A DNA stretch of 64,000 bases from Alphaproteobacteria bacterium (GCA_965220745.1 CBDCQT010000013.1:224001-288000); one strand, 5' to 3'. Shown: positions 38,173 through 47,409, counted from the stretch's first letter. Numbers and translations: made by a program. Notes: generated by a model not told the origin, from the sequence alone.

Positions 38173-39087
38173 ATGGCCACGAAGAAAGACATTCAGGTTT
38201 GTTTCAATCCCCATTTCGATTCGGTTTCACTCTGGATCGGATCGTTCGGCGGCGCCGATTCGCCCTGCGACATCTCGCGCGGCGTCTTCGCGGCGCGGCA
38301 GGGGGTGCCGCGTATCCTCGAAATGATGGACCGCTACGGCATCAAGACCACGTGGGACATCACCGGCCACTCGATCGAGAGCTTTCCGAAGGAATCGGAG
38401 CTGATCGTGAAGTACGGCCACGAGCTGGGCGTGCACGGCTACACGCACGAGAACCCGCTCGCCATGTCGCGCCAGCAGGAGGCCGACGTGCTCGACAAGT
38501 GCATCGAGCTGGTGACCGACCTCTGCGGCGTGCACCCGGTCGGCTACGTCGCGCCGTGGTGGGAGCTCAGCCCCAACACCATCGACCTGCTGCTCGAGCG
38601 CGGCTTCCTCTACGACCGCAGCGTGATGGAGGACGACTACACCCCGCACTACCTGCGCAGTGGCGATAGCTGGACCAAGATCGACTATACCCAGGAGGCC
38701 AAGACTTGGATGAAGCCCTGGCAGCCGGGGGAGGCGGTCGACCTGGTGGAGCTGCCGGCGAGCTGGTACCTCGACGACGCGCCGCCCATGATGTTCGTGA
38801 AAACCTTCCCGAACAGCCACGGCTGGGTCAATCCACGAGATGTCGAGGACATCTGGCGCGACCAGTTCGACTGGATCTACCGCCACTACGACTATGCGAT
38901 CTACACCTGCGTGATCCATCCGGACTGCGCTGGCAAGCCGCAGGTGCTGATGATGCTGGAGCGGATCTTCGACCACATTCTGGCGCATACCGGTGTACGC
39001 ATGATCACGATGCGGGAGATGGCCGAGGACTTCAAACGCCGCCATCCCTTCAACGGCACGACCGAAGGCGCGCCCGCCGCGGACTAA
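38173..39087 (+). CDS. Polysaccharide deacetylase-fold protein, H. pylori PgdA/PuuE-like
   Basis: WIGSFGGADSPCDISRG, HELGVHGYTHENP, GYVAPWWE, SWYLDD.PP, HPD..G.PQV. Confidence 0.88.
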   Translation: MATKKDIQVCFNPHFDSVSLWIGSFGGADSPCDISRGVFAARQGVPRILEMMDRYGIKTTWDITGHSIESFPKESELIVKYGHELGVHGYTHENPLAMSRQQEADVLDKCIELVTDLCGVHPVGYVAPWWELSPNTIDLLLERGFLYDRSVMEDDYTPHYLRSGDSWTKIDYTQEAKTWMKPWQPGEAVDLVELPASWYLDDAPPMMFVKTFPNSHGWVNPRDVEDIWRDQFDWIYRHYDYAIYTCVIHPDCAGKPQVLMMLERIFDHILAHTGVRMITMREMAEDFKRRHPFNGTTEGAPAAD

Positions 39088-39174
39088 GCGAGGGCGCGAA
39101 CCGCGCCGTTGGCCCCGCGTCCTGCGCCGAGGGGCCGGCGGCGGAAGCACCGAAGCGCAGTGAAAGGAGCTCCC

Positions 39175-40233
39175 ATGTCGACCGGATCCCTCGGCGAGAT
39201 TCCGCTCATCGACCTCAGCCCCTATTTCGCAGGCGACCCGGCCGACAAGCGCCGGGTCGCGGACGAGATCAGCCGCGCCTGCGAGCGCATCGGTTTCTTC
39301 ATGGTCTCGGGCCACGGGGTGGACCCGGCGCTTATCGAGCGCGCGCGTCGTGAATCCCTGACGTTCTTCGGCCTGCCGATGAAGGAGAAGCTTGCCATCA
39401 GGAAGCCAGAGGGCGATTTGGCGGTCCGCGGTTACGAGCCGGTGGGCACGGAGCACCTCTCGGCGACGATCGGTGTGGAGACGCCGCCCGACCTGAAGGA
39501 ATCGATCTCTTTCGGGCCTATCGAGGCGTTCGATCATCCGTCCTGCCATACAGAGGCAGCCGCGCCCTGCTACGCGCCCAATATCTTTCCGCAGCACCCG
39601 GCGGGGCTCCGTCAGACCATCGAGGACTACATCCGGGCCCTCGACCTGCTCGGCTGGCATCTGCACCGGCTCGCGGCCATCGCCTTCGATCTGCCCGAGG
39701 ACCATTTCGACGCCATGCTCGAAAGGGGGTTCAGCATCCTCCGCGTGCTGAACTATCCCGAGCAGCAGAATGCGCCCAAGGAAGGGCAGCTTCGCGCCGG
39801 CGAGCACTCGGACTACGACAACCTCACCATCTGCCTGATCGAGGACAAGCCAGGCGGCCTGCAGGCGCGCGGCCCGGACGGCACCTGGGTTGACGTGCCG
39901 GCTATCCCCGGCTCGTTCGTGGTCAACATCGGCGACTTCCTGATGCGCTGGACCAACGACCGCTGGAAATCCACGCGGCACCGCGTGCTCAACCCGCCAC
40001 ACACGTCCGGGGACCGCCTCTCCTTCTGCCACTTCATCGAGCCCAACTACGACGCGCTGATCGAGTGCCTGCCGACCTGCCACAGCCAGGAACAGCCGGC
40101 CAAATACCCGCCGATCACGGCCGGCGCCTACATGCTCGAGAAATTCTCCAGCCAGGAGAGCGGCCGCGAGTGGGACGACGATGACAGTGAGAAGTTCGGT
40201 ACCGGAGACACCGAGACGCGCTTCGTCAACTGA
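39175..40233 (+). CDS. Isopenicillin N synthase-like 2OG-Fe(II) oxygenase (paralogue 3, close to paralogue 1)
   Basis: Same length (352 aa) and colinear with 19759..20817. Has HSD, STRHRV and RLS. Confidence 0.9.
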   Translation: MSTGSLGEIPLIDLSPYFAGDPADKRRVADEISRACERIGFFMVSGHGVDPALIERARRESLTFFGLPMKEKLAIRKPEGDLAVRGYEPVGTEHLSATIGVETPPDLKESISFGPIEAFDHPSCHTEAAAPCYAPNIFPQHPAGLRQTIEDYIRALDLLGWHLHRLAAIAFDLPEDHFDAMLERGFSILRVLNYPEQQNAPKEGQLRAGEHSDYDNLTICLIEDKPGGLQARGPDGTWVDVPAIPGSFVVNIGDFLMRWTNDRWKSTRHRVLNPPHTSGDRLSFCHFIEPNYDALIECLPTCHSQEQPAKYPPITAGAYMLEKFSSQESGREWDDDDSEKFGTGDTETRFVN

Positions 40234-40252
40234 CCGCGGTGAGATCACCGCG

Positions 40253-41353
40253 CTAATCGTCCACGGCCTCCCGCATCCATTGCTGGAGCGTCCGGAGGGA
40301 GTGTTCGGAGTTCAGCCCGCCGCGGGGATCGACCACGAGCGGGCCGGGGCGGTACCCGCGACTCTTGAGCCCCTGCGCCACGCTTTCGACCAGCCGGATA
40401 TCCTCCGCGACCGTGGTCTCCAGATCTTGCGCCGCAAGCTGCCGGATCACCACGCTCTCGTCACCGCCCGGCGTGTACCAGCCGCGCCATACGGTGCACG
40501 TGTCCACGTCGTGGGCGCGCCAGTGGTAGGTGTTCAGCACGTTGCCCGGATAGACCTGGAACGAGAACATCGGCCAGAGGAAGAACGTGCGGTACTCCCC
40601 GGCATGGGGCACCGACAGGTCGATCGGGTAGCTCATCCGCTCCAGGTCCTGGCACTCGGTCGTGTGGCGCAGGACGTAGCCTTCCCCTGAAGGCTGGATG
40701 TCGTAGGTCTCGGGCCGGATCACGCCGGTCGCGAAGGTCGGATGGCGCAGCACGCAGTGGTAGCATTCGGAGTGGTTCTCGACCGAGACCTTCCAATTGC
40801 AGGCCTCCGGGACCTCGATCCATTCCAGCGGCGCGAGTGCTCCGACGTCGGGCACGTAGTCCGCGAGTTCCTCCCGCACGCCCGGATACCACGCATCCAT
40901 CGGCGCCGCGTCGTCATCGAGGTTGACGAAGACGAAGCCGTGCAAGCTCTCGCTCCGCACCGCCGTCAAGCGAATGGATGAACCATCGAAGCCGGGAACC
41001 GACTCCACGTTCGGCCCGCTGCGGAAGGTGCCTGTCAGCTCGTAGGACCAGGCGTGGTAGGGGCAGACGATCGCGCGCGTCGTGCCGGCGCCTTCCACCA
41101 GCCGATGCCCCCGGTGCTGGCACACGTTGTAGAAGGCGCGCAGCACGCCGTCGCGCCCGCGAATGCAGAACAGGCTCTCGCCCGCAATCTCGCATGTGAA
41201 GTAGTCGCCCGGCCCGCGCGCCTGGTTCTCGTGCCCGGCGAACTGCCAGGTGCGGGAGAGCAGGCCCACGCGCTCCTTCTCGAAGATGGCCGGATCGGTG
41301 TAGTAGCGTGCGGCGAGCGAACGGACGGGCGCTGGCGGGTCTTGACCTGTCAT
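40253..41353 (-). CDS. Rieske non-haem iron oxygenase alpha subunit (CntA/choline monooxygenase-like)
   Basis: NVCQHRG and CPYHAW Rieske ligands, NWK..ENHSECYHC...HP, ED..LVESV..G. Confidence 0.88.
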   Translation of the reverse strand: MTGQDPPAPVRSLAARYYTDPAIFEKERVGLLSRTWQFAGHENQARGPGDYFTCEIAGESLFCIRGRDGVLRAFYNVCQHRGHRLVEGAGTTRAIVCPYHAWSYELTGTFRSGPNVESVPGFDGSSIRLTAVRSESLHGFVFVNLDDDAAPMDAWYPGVREELADYVPDVGALAPLEWIEVPEACNWKVSVENHSECYHCVLRHPTFATGVIRPETYDIQPSGEGYVLRHTTECQDLERMSYPIDLSVPHAGEYRTFFLWPMFSFQVYPGNVLNTYHWRAHDVDTCTVWRGWYTPGGDESVVIRQLAAQDLETTVAEDIRLVESVAQGLKSRGYRPGPLVVDPRGGLNSEHSLRTLQQWMREAVDD

Positions 41354-41521
41354 TCCCGACGATCCTCCCCGGCGGGCGATGCGGCGCGCGCGGCGCCGGC
41401 CACGATAGGCGAAACGGCTGTCCATCGCCCAGTAGAATGTCCATGCGAGTCGCTTGGTTGGGAGTTCCCCAATGATTCCATCTTTAGACGCACATCACGT
41501 CGGCAACATCGCGGTCGTGCC

Positions 41522-42001
41522 ATGACGATCGCCCGCATCCGGCACGCGGCTCTCGCGGTTGCGCTGGGGACCATGCTCACGGTTGCAGGGTTTGCAGCGG
41601 CCGGCCGGGCGGAGAGCGGCCCGCTCGAGCTGCTGGAGATCGAGACGGGCACGGGCGTCCACACCATTCAGGTCGAGGTTGCGCACACGCCGGAAGAGCG
41701 CAGCATCGGCCTCATGCACCGCACCGAGCTCGCGCCCGATCGTGGCATGCTCTTCGACTTCGGCGCCACGCGGCCGGCCACCATGTGGATGAAGAACACG
41801 CTGATCTCCCTCGACATGTTCTTCGCCGAGAGCACCGGCCGCATCGTCACCGTCGCCGAGCGCACCACCCCACTCTCGGAGAAGCGGATTCGCTCGGGCC
41901 AGCCGGTTCGCTTCGTACTTGAAATGATCGCGGGCTCCGCCCGGCGCCTCGGGATTGCGCCCGGCGACCGCCTGCGCCACCCGCTGATCGAGCAGCCATG
42001 A
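41522..42001 (+). CDS. DUF192 family protein
   Basis: VEVA.TPEER.IGLM.R, GMLFDF, MWMKNTLISLDM.F, VLEM.AG. Confidence 0.88.
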   Translation: MTIARIRHAALAVALGTMLTVAGFAAAGRAESGPLELLEIETGTGVHTIQVEVAHTPEERSIGLMHRTELAPDRGMLFDFGATRPATMWMKNTLISLDMFFAESTGRIVTVAERTTPLSEKRIRSGQPVRFVLEMIAGSARRLGIAPGDRLRHPLIEQP

Positions 42002-42336
42002 GCGCGTCGCAGCTCAAGACCGAGGTACTGGTGCAGGCGGGCTTCCGCTATTGCCAGCAAGCGCTGCTGTTCGCTGCGCTCCGGCGCCGCGGCGATGCCG
42101 ACGCGGGCGCGCTCCTGGTCAAGGTCAGCCGCCTCGACGGCACGGCGGCGGTCTTCGCCCGGACTCAATCGCTCGACGGCGACCTCGCCTGGCGCCGCGC
42201 CACCGGTGAGGGCTGGATTCCGGAGGAGGAGGCCGAGGCGCGGCTTGCACGGGAGATCGACTTCGACCCGGACGTCTGGATCGTCGAGGTCGAGGACCCC
42301 GAGGGCCGCAACCCCTTCGCGACGTTGACCGGCTGA
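41998..42336 (+). CDS. DUF1491 family protein
   Basis: RRGDADAGALLVKV..LDG, FDPDVWIVEVED.EGR. Confidence 0.85.
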   Translation: MSASQLKTEVLVQAGFRYCQQALLFAALRRRGDADAGALLVKVSRLDGTAAVFARTQSLDGDLAWRRATGEGWIPEEEAEARLAREIDFDPDVWIVEVEDPEGRNPFATLTG

Positions 42337-42405
42337 GCGGTTCACCCGCATTGCTCGCTGCGTTCGCGGTCCGGTTCCATGTCCCACCGCGACGCACATT
42401 AATTT

Positions 42406-42455
42406 CATGCGGGACACGCCGGGATTAAGCGGGATAGGTGTGATCCCCTGGGACA
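42406..42455. repeat. 10-bp-period CGGGA(C/T) array (array 2, reverse orientation) between convergent genes
   Basis: CGGGAC at 42410, CGGGAT at 42420, CGGGAT at 42430, then TGGGAC at 42449. The reverse complement of 42407-42425 matches 61751-61769 at 18/19. Confidence 0.7.
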
Positions 42456-42555
42456 AGCGGCGGCAATGACCTGGGATGCGGCTGGTTCGCTCGTATGCTG
42501 CATGGCGCGATCCTGCCGCAGGCGCCGCGCGCCCTGCATCGCACCATGGTGCGGG

Positions 42556-44637
42556 TTATCCCGAGCGCAGGTAGCGCACCGCCATGTCGCGCTCGAACAG
42601 GTAGAGCAGCGTGCGCAACGCCTGGCCGCGCTCCGCTTCCAGCTCCGGGTCGCGCTCCAGCACCAGGCGCACGTCGTCGCGCGCGACCGCCAGCAGCTCC
42701 TCGTGCACGGCGAGGTCGGCGAGGTGGAAGGCCGGCATGCCGCTCTGGCGCGTGCCCAGCAGCTCGCCGGCGCCGCGCAAACGCAGGTCTTCCTCGGCGA
42801 TGCGAAAGCCGTCGTCGGTCTCGCGCAGGATGTTGAGCCGCGCCCGCGCCGTCTCGCCCAGCGGTGCGGCGTAGAGCAGCAGGCAGGTACCCGGCTTCGC
42901 CCCGCGCCCGACCCGGCCGCGCAGCTGGTGAAGCTGGGCAAGGCCGAAGCGCTCCGCGTGCTCGACGATCATGATGGTGGCCGCGGTTATGTCGACGCCG
43001 ACCTCGACCACCGTCGTCGCCACCAGGATATCGGCGCCGTCGCCCGTGAAGGAGGCCATGGCGGCGTCCTTCTCCGGCCCCTTCATACGGCCGTGGATCA
43101 GCGCGACACGGGCGCCGAAGGCCTCGGCCAGCTTCGCGTGGCGGTCGGTCGCGGCGGCGAGGTCCACCGCCTCCGATTCCTCCACCAGCGGGCAGACCCA
43201 ATAGACCTTGGCGCCGGTACCGAGCGCGCGGCGCACGGCGGCGACCACCTCCTCCAGCCGCTCCAGCGGCATGGCGCGGGTGGCGACGGCGGCCCGGCCC
43301 GGCAGCCGCCCTTCGATGCGCGAGACGTCCATGTCGCCGTGAGCGGTGAGCACCAGCGAGCGTGGGATCGGGGTCGCGGTCATCACCAGAAGGTCCGCCG
43401 CCGGCCCCTTGCGCGCGAGCAGCATGCGCTGATGCACGCCGAAGCGATGCTGCTCGTCCACCACGGCGAGAGCGAGGTCCTTGAAGTCGACGCCCTTCTG
43501 AAACAGCGCGTGGGTGCCGACCAGAATATCGACCTCGCCGGCGGCGAGCGCCGCCAGAGTCCGCTCGCGGGCCCGCCCCTTTTCCCGCCCCGTGAGCAGG
43601 GCGAGGGAGACGCCGCTGCCTTCCAGCAGAATGCCCAGCGTCTCCGCGTGCTGGTTCGCCAGCAGCTCGGTCGGCACCATCAGCGCGGCCTGGGCGCCGG
43701 CCTCCACCGCGACCAGCATGGCGAAGAGCGCCACCACGGTCTTGCCGCTGCCGACATCGCCTTGCAGCAGGCGAAGCATGCGGCGCTCCTTCGCGAGGTC
43801 GTCTGCGATTTCGCCGGCGGCGGCGCGCTGGCTCCCGGTCAGGGTGAAGGGGAGGCTCGCCTCCACCGCGCGGCGGAGCCGGCCGTCGCCTGCGACGGCG
43901 CGCCCGCGCCCGCCCCTGGCGGAGCGCCGCACCAGCGCCAGCGCGAGCTGGTTCGCCAGCAGCTCGTCGTAGGCGAGGCGGGAGCGCACCGGGGTGTCGG
44001 GCTCCAGGTCGGCGGCGTTCTCGGGCGCGTGCGCGGCCGCGAGCGCTTCGTTCCACGCCGGCCAGCCGCGCGCCTCCACCAGGCGCGGCTCGATCCATTC
44101 CGGCACCGCCGGCGCCCGCGCCAGCGCGGCGCGCACCGCACGGGTCATCGGCTTCAGCGTGACGCCCGCCGTCAGCGGATAGATCGGCTCCACCGTCTGC
44201 ACGCTGTCCCGCTGATCCAGCGGCGCGATGTGGTCCGGGTGCGCCATCTGGATTTCGCTGCCGTAGTGCTCGACGCGCCCGCTCACCACCCGCACCGAGC
44301 CTTCGGGCAGCCGTTGCCTGAGCCAGTCCCCCTTCGCGTGGAAGAAGACCAGCGTGAGGGTGCCCGTCTCGTCCGAGCAGTAGACCTTTGCGGGGCGCCT
44401 GCGGTCCGGCGCCGGCTGGTGGCGATCGACGCGCACGGTGAGCGTCGCCGTAGCGCCGGCCTCGGCCTCGACGACCTTCGGCGCATGGCGCCGGTCGATC
44501 AGCCCCGACGGCAGGTGCCAGAGCAGGTGCACCACCAGCGGCCCGGCCAGCCGCTCGTAGGCCGACGCCGTGCGGGCGCCGACTCCCGGCAGCACCGTCG
44601 CCGGCGCGAACAGCGGATTGAGGATCGCCGGGCGCAT
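42556..44637 (-). CDS. recG: ATP-dependent DNA helicase RecG
   Basis: RLLQGDVGSGKT, DEQHRFGV.QR, MTATPIPR, HAERFGLAQLHQLRGRVGRG, DGFRIAEEDLRLRG.GE. Confidence 0.97.
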   Translation of the reverse strand: MRPAILNPLFAPATVLPGVGARTASAYERLAGPLVVHLLWHLPSGLIDRRHAPKVVEAEAGATATLTVRVDRHQPAPDRRRPAKVYCSDETGTLTLVFFHAKGDWLRQRLPEGSVRVVSGRVEHYGSEIQMAHPDHIAPLDQRDSVQTVEPIYPLTAGVTLKPMTRAVRAALARAPAVPEWIEPRLVEARGWPAWNEALAAAHAPENAADLEPDTPVRSRLAYDELLANQLALALVRRSARGGRGRAVAGDGRLRRAVEASLPFTLTGSQRAAAGEIADDLAKERRMLRLLQGDVGSGKTVVALFAMLVAVEAGAQAALMVPTELLANQHAETLGILLEGSGVSLALLTGREKGRARERTLAALAAGEVDILVGTHALFQKGVDFKDLALAVVDEQHRFGVHQRMLLARKGPAADLLVMTATPIPRSLVLTAHGDMDVSRIEGRLPGRAAVATRAMPLERLEEVVAAVRRALGTGAKVYWVCPLVEESEAVDLAAATDRHAKLAEAFGARVALIHGRMKGPEKDAAMASFTGDGADILVATTVVEVGVDITAATIMIVEHAERFGLAQLHQLRGRVGRGAKPGTCLLLYAAPLGETARARLNILRETDDGFRIAEEDLRLRGAGELLGTRQSGMPAFHLADLAVHEELLAVARDDVRLVLERDPELEAERGQALRTLLYLFERDMAVRYLRSG

Positions 44638-44721
44638 CGCACGCGCACCCTATCCGCGCGGTATGCGAGCGCCAACCGGGCGGCTAAGGTGCGACAGTTG
44701 AACCGAGCGGCGGAGGTTCCC

Positions 44722-45150
44722 ATGACGGGCGAAGATACTCACCTGGCGACATGCGGCTGCGGTGGGCTGCAAGTGACGACGGTCGGCGATCCGGACCTCG
44801 TCGTCGCCTGCAGCTGCATCGCCTGCCAGCGCCGCACCGGCAGCCCCTTCGGCGTCGGCGCCTACTTCCGCAAGGAGACGGTCTCGGCGGAGGGCGAGGC
44901 GGGGACGTACGCGCGGGTGGCTGATTCGGGCCTGAGGGTCTCGATCAACTTCTGCCCCTCGTGCGGCACGAGCGTTTACTGGTTCGCCGAGCTTCGCCCC
45001 GATCACTATGGCGTTGCGGTGGGCTGCTTCGGCGAGCCCGGCTTCGGCGAGCCCTCCCGCGTGGTCTGGAACGAGAGCAGGCATCCCTGGGTCAAGTTCC
45101 CCGAGGGCCTGCCCGAATTCGACAAGGGCTCCCCGCCGGCGACAACCTAG
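44722..45150 (+). CDS. GFA/CENP-V family zinc-binding protein
   Basis: CGCG, CSC.ACQRRTGS, FCPSCGT. Confidence 0.87.
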   Translation: MTGEDTHLATCGCGGLQVTTVGDPDLVVACSCIACQRRTGSPFGVGAYFRKETVSAEGEAGTYARVADSGLRVSINFCPSCGTSVYWFAELRPDHYGVAVGCFGEPGFGEPSRVVWNESRHPWVKFPEGLPEFDKGSPPATT

Positions 45151-45833
45151 AACGGCACGCCGACCGCCTTGCACAGGAAGCCGGTGAATTCGCCGCCCGC
45201 GCCCGCGATTGCCGCGAAGCGGTCGAGGAAGTCGGGGCGGACCGCTTCGTCCTCCTCCACGTCGGCGATCACCACGAAGTCCTTGCGCTTGAGGTCCTCA
45301 ATCAGAGGATGCTCCGGGTCGTAGCCGCGCGGCGGACGCTTGAGCGCATCGCCCGCCAGCCGGAAGGTCCGGCAGAAATCGCCGCCCGTGGTGATCCGCG
45401 TCCATTCCTCCGGCTTCTCGACGATGGCATCGCGGATCCGGCCGAGCGTGGGACTGTCCGGGTGCCAGACCCCGCATCCCGCGAAGCACATGCCGGGCTC
45501 CAGGTGCAGGTAGAAGCCCGGCGCGTGCGCGTCCTTGCCGGCCTCGTGGCGGAAGTGCGCGCCCACGTTGGTCTTGTAGGGCGTCTTGTCCTTGGAGAAC
45601 CGCGTGTCCCGATAGATGCGGAAGAGCGAGCCGCCGTTGGCCCGGGGGTCGGCGCGGAAGTGCGGGCTGATCTCCGCCAGCGGCTCCGCGAAGGCCTGGA
45701 TGAAGTCGAGCATGGGGTCGCGCACCTCAGCCCGGTAGCGCGCCTTGTTCTCCTCGAACCACGGCCGCTCGTTGTTGGCCCCGAGCTCGCGCAGGAAGTC
45801 GAAGAGGGCAGGGGTAATGAGTTGCGCAGTCAT
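45147..45833 (-). CDS. DUF2461 family protein
   Basis: NNERPWF..NK.RY, FRIYRDTRFSKDKTPYKT, LKRPPRGY..EHP. Confidence 0.88.
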   Translation of the reverse strand: MTAQLITPALFDFLRELGANNERPWFEENKARYRAEVRDPMLDFIQAFAEPLAEISPHFRADPRANGGSLFRIYRDTRFSKDKTPYKTNVGAHFRHEAGKDAHAPGFYLHLEPGMCFAGCGVWHPDSPTLGRIRDAIVEKPEEWTRITTGGDFCRTFRLAGDALKRPPRGYDPEHPLIEDLKRKDFVVIADVEEDEAVRPDFLDRFAAIAGAGGEFTGFLCKAVGVPF

Positions 45834-45958
45834 GGCGTCCTTTCCGGGCTGGCGTGTGTGGCGCGCCCACCATCGCACAGCGGAGGCGGCGTCCAAAGTG
45901 AGGTGCCGCCGTGCTAAAATGAAGGCCATGTGATCCCCCACGACGACAGAGACTTCCG

Positions 45959-47383
45959 ATGGCCCTCGCCGAAGCGAAAGCCCCGCAGCCCGAACCCGCG
46001 CCGAGCGAGCCGATCGCGCGCACGCTCGCGCGCTTCGCCCGTGAGCTCACCCTGGAGGACGTGCCGGAGGCCGTGGTCGAGCGCGCCAAGCTGCATATCC
46101 TCGACGCTGTGGGGATTGGCCTCGCGGCCTCTCGCTACGACTTCAGCCACAAGACGCTGACCGCCATCCACGGCCTCGCCGGCGACGGACCCTATCCCGT
46201 CATCGGGATGCCGGCACGGCTGCCGCTGCGCGATGCCGCGCAGATGAACGGCTTCCTCATCCACGGCCTCGACTACGACGACACCCACGTCGGCGGCGTG
46301 ATCCACGCCACTACCAGCGCGGTGCCGACGGTGCTGGCCGCCGGCCAGAGGCACGGCGCCTCGGGGCGGGAGATGCTGGAGGCCTATCTCGTGGCGATCG
46401 AGGGCGCGGCCCGCATCGCTGCCGCGGCGCAGGGCGGCTTCCATCGCTTGGGCTTTCACCCCACCGGCATGGTCGGCGTGTTCGGCGCGGCGCTCGCTGC
46501 CGGCCGGCTCGCGGGCATGACCGAAACCCAGCTCGCCCACGCCCAGGGCATCGCGCTCAGCATGGCCGCCGGCAGCCTGCAATTCCTTGACGACGGCGCC
46601 TGGACCAAGCGGATGCATCCCGGCTGGGCGGCGCTCGCCGGCATCAGCGCCGCGGCCCTCGCGCAGCAGGGGTTCCAGGGTCCGGCCGAGCCCTACGAGG
46701 GGCGCTTCGGCCTCTACGCGCTCTACGGCGCGCCCGACGCAGAGATCGACTGGGCGATGTGCACCGCCGGCCTCGGCGAGGACTGGGAGATGCTGCGCAT
46801 CGGCATCAAGCCCTATCCGGCCTGCCACCTGGTCCACGCGCTGGGCGATGCGGCACAGGCGTTGCGCGACGAGCACGGACTCACGCCCGCCGATGTCGAG
46901 AGCGTCGATGCACTAATTGGCGAGGGCTGCGTCAGCGTTGTGTGCGAGCCCGAGGTCGCCAAGCGCCGCCCGGCGAGCGCCTATGAGGCCCAGTTCAGCG
47001 CCCACTACATGATCGCGAGCGTGCTCTCGCGCGGCCGCTTTACGTTGGCCGAGCTTGAGCCCGAGGCCTACACTGACCCGGCGGCGCTCGCGCTCTGCGA
47101 CCGGATCAGCTACCGGGTCGATCCCGACTCGGCCTTCCCCACCTACTACTCGGGCGAGGTGGCGATTCGCACGACCGACGGCCGCACGCTCCGCCACCGC
47201 GAGCAGGTCAACCGCGGCGCCGACACCCGCCCGCTCAGCGCCGACGAGATCGTCGCCAAGTTCCGCGACAACGCCGCGATGACGCTCGCGCCCGACCGGG
47301 CGGAACGGGTGCTCAACGCGGTGATGGCGCTCGACGGCGACTCGACGCCGGCGGAGGTCGCGGCGCTGCTCAGCCTCGCCTGA
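45959..47383 (+). CDS. MmgE/PrpD family protein
   Basis: NG..IHGLDYDDTH, GFHPTG, KRMHPG, EGRFG, KPYPAC. Confidence 0.9.
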   Translation: MALAEAKAPQPEPAPSEPIARTLARFARELTLEDVPEAVVERAKLHILDAVGIGLAASRYDFSHKTLTAIHGLAGDGPYPVIGMPARLPLRDAAQMNGFLIHGLDYDDTHVGGVIHATTSAVPTVLAAGQRHGASGREMLEAYLVAIEGAARIAAAAQGGFHRLGFHPTGMVGVFGAALAAGRLAGMTETQLAHAQGIALSMAAGSLQFLDDGAWTKRMHPGWAALAGISAAALAQQGFQGPAEPYEGRFGLYALYGAPDAEIDWAMCTAGLGEDWEMLRIGIKPYPACHLVHALGDAAQALRDEHGLTPADVESVDALIGEGCVSVVCEPEVAKRRPASAYEAQFSAHYMIASVLSRGRFTLAELEPEAYTDPAALALCDRISYRVDPDSAFPTYYSGEVAIRTTDGRTLRHREQVNRGADTRPLSADEIVAKFRDNAAMTLAPDRAERVLNAVMALDGDSTPAEVAALLSLA

Positions 47384-47409
47384 CCGGGAACCATTTCGGC
47401 CTTTCCGGC

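Noticed and set aside
19759-40233. Beta-lactam (penicillin-type) biosynthesis suggested by IPNS-like genes plus a C45 acyltransferase
   Set aside because: There is no ACV synthetase or other NRPS in the window. Both families are broad, and the context (importers, hydrolases) is catabolic.
42466-44721. 894-aa + strand ORF, and similar long shadow ORFs (11607..13739, 32089..34293, 35893..38214, 38227..40248, 60382..62367)
   Set aside because: These are antisense to well-supported genes and expected in high-GC DNA. Only the last 142 aa of the 894-aa ORF (the GFA protein) is real.
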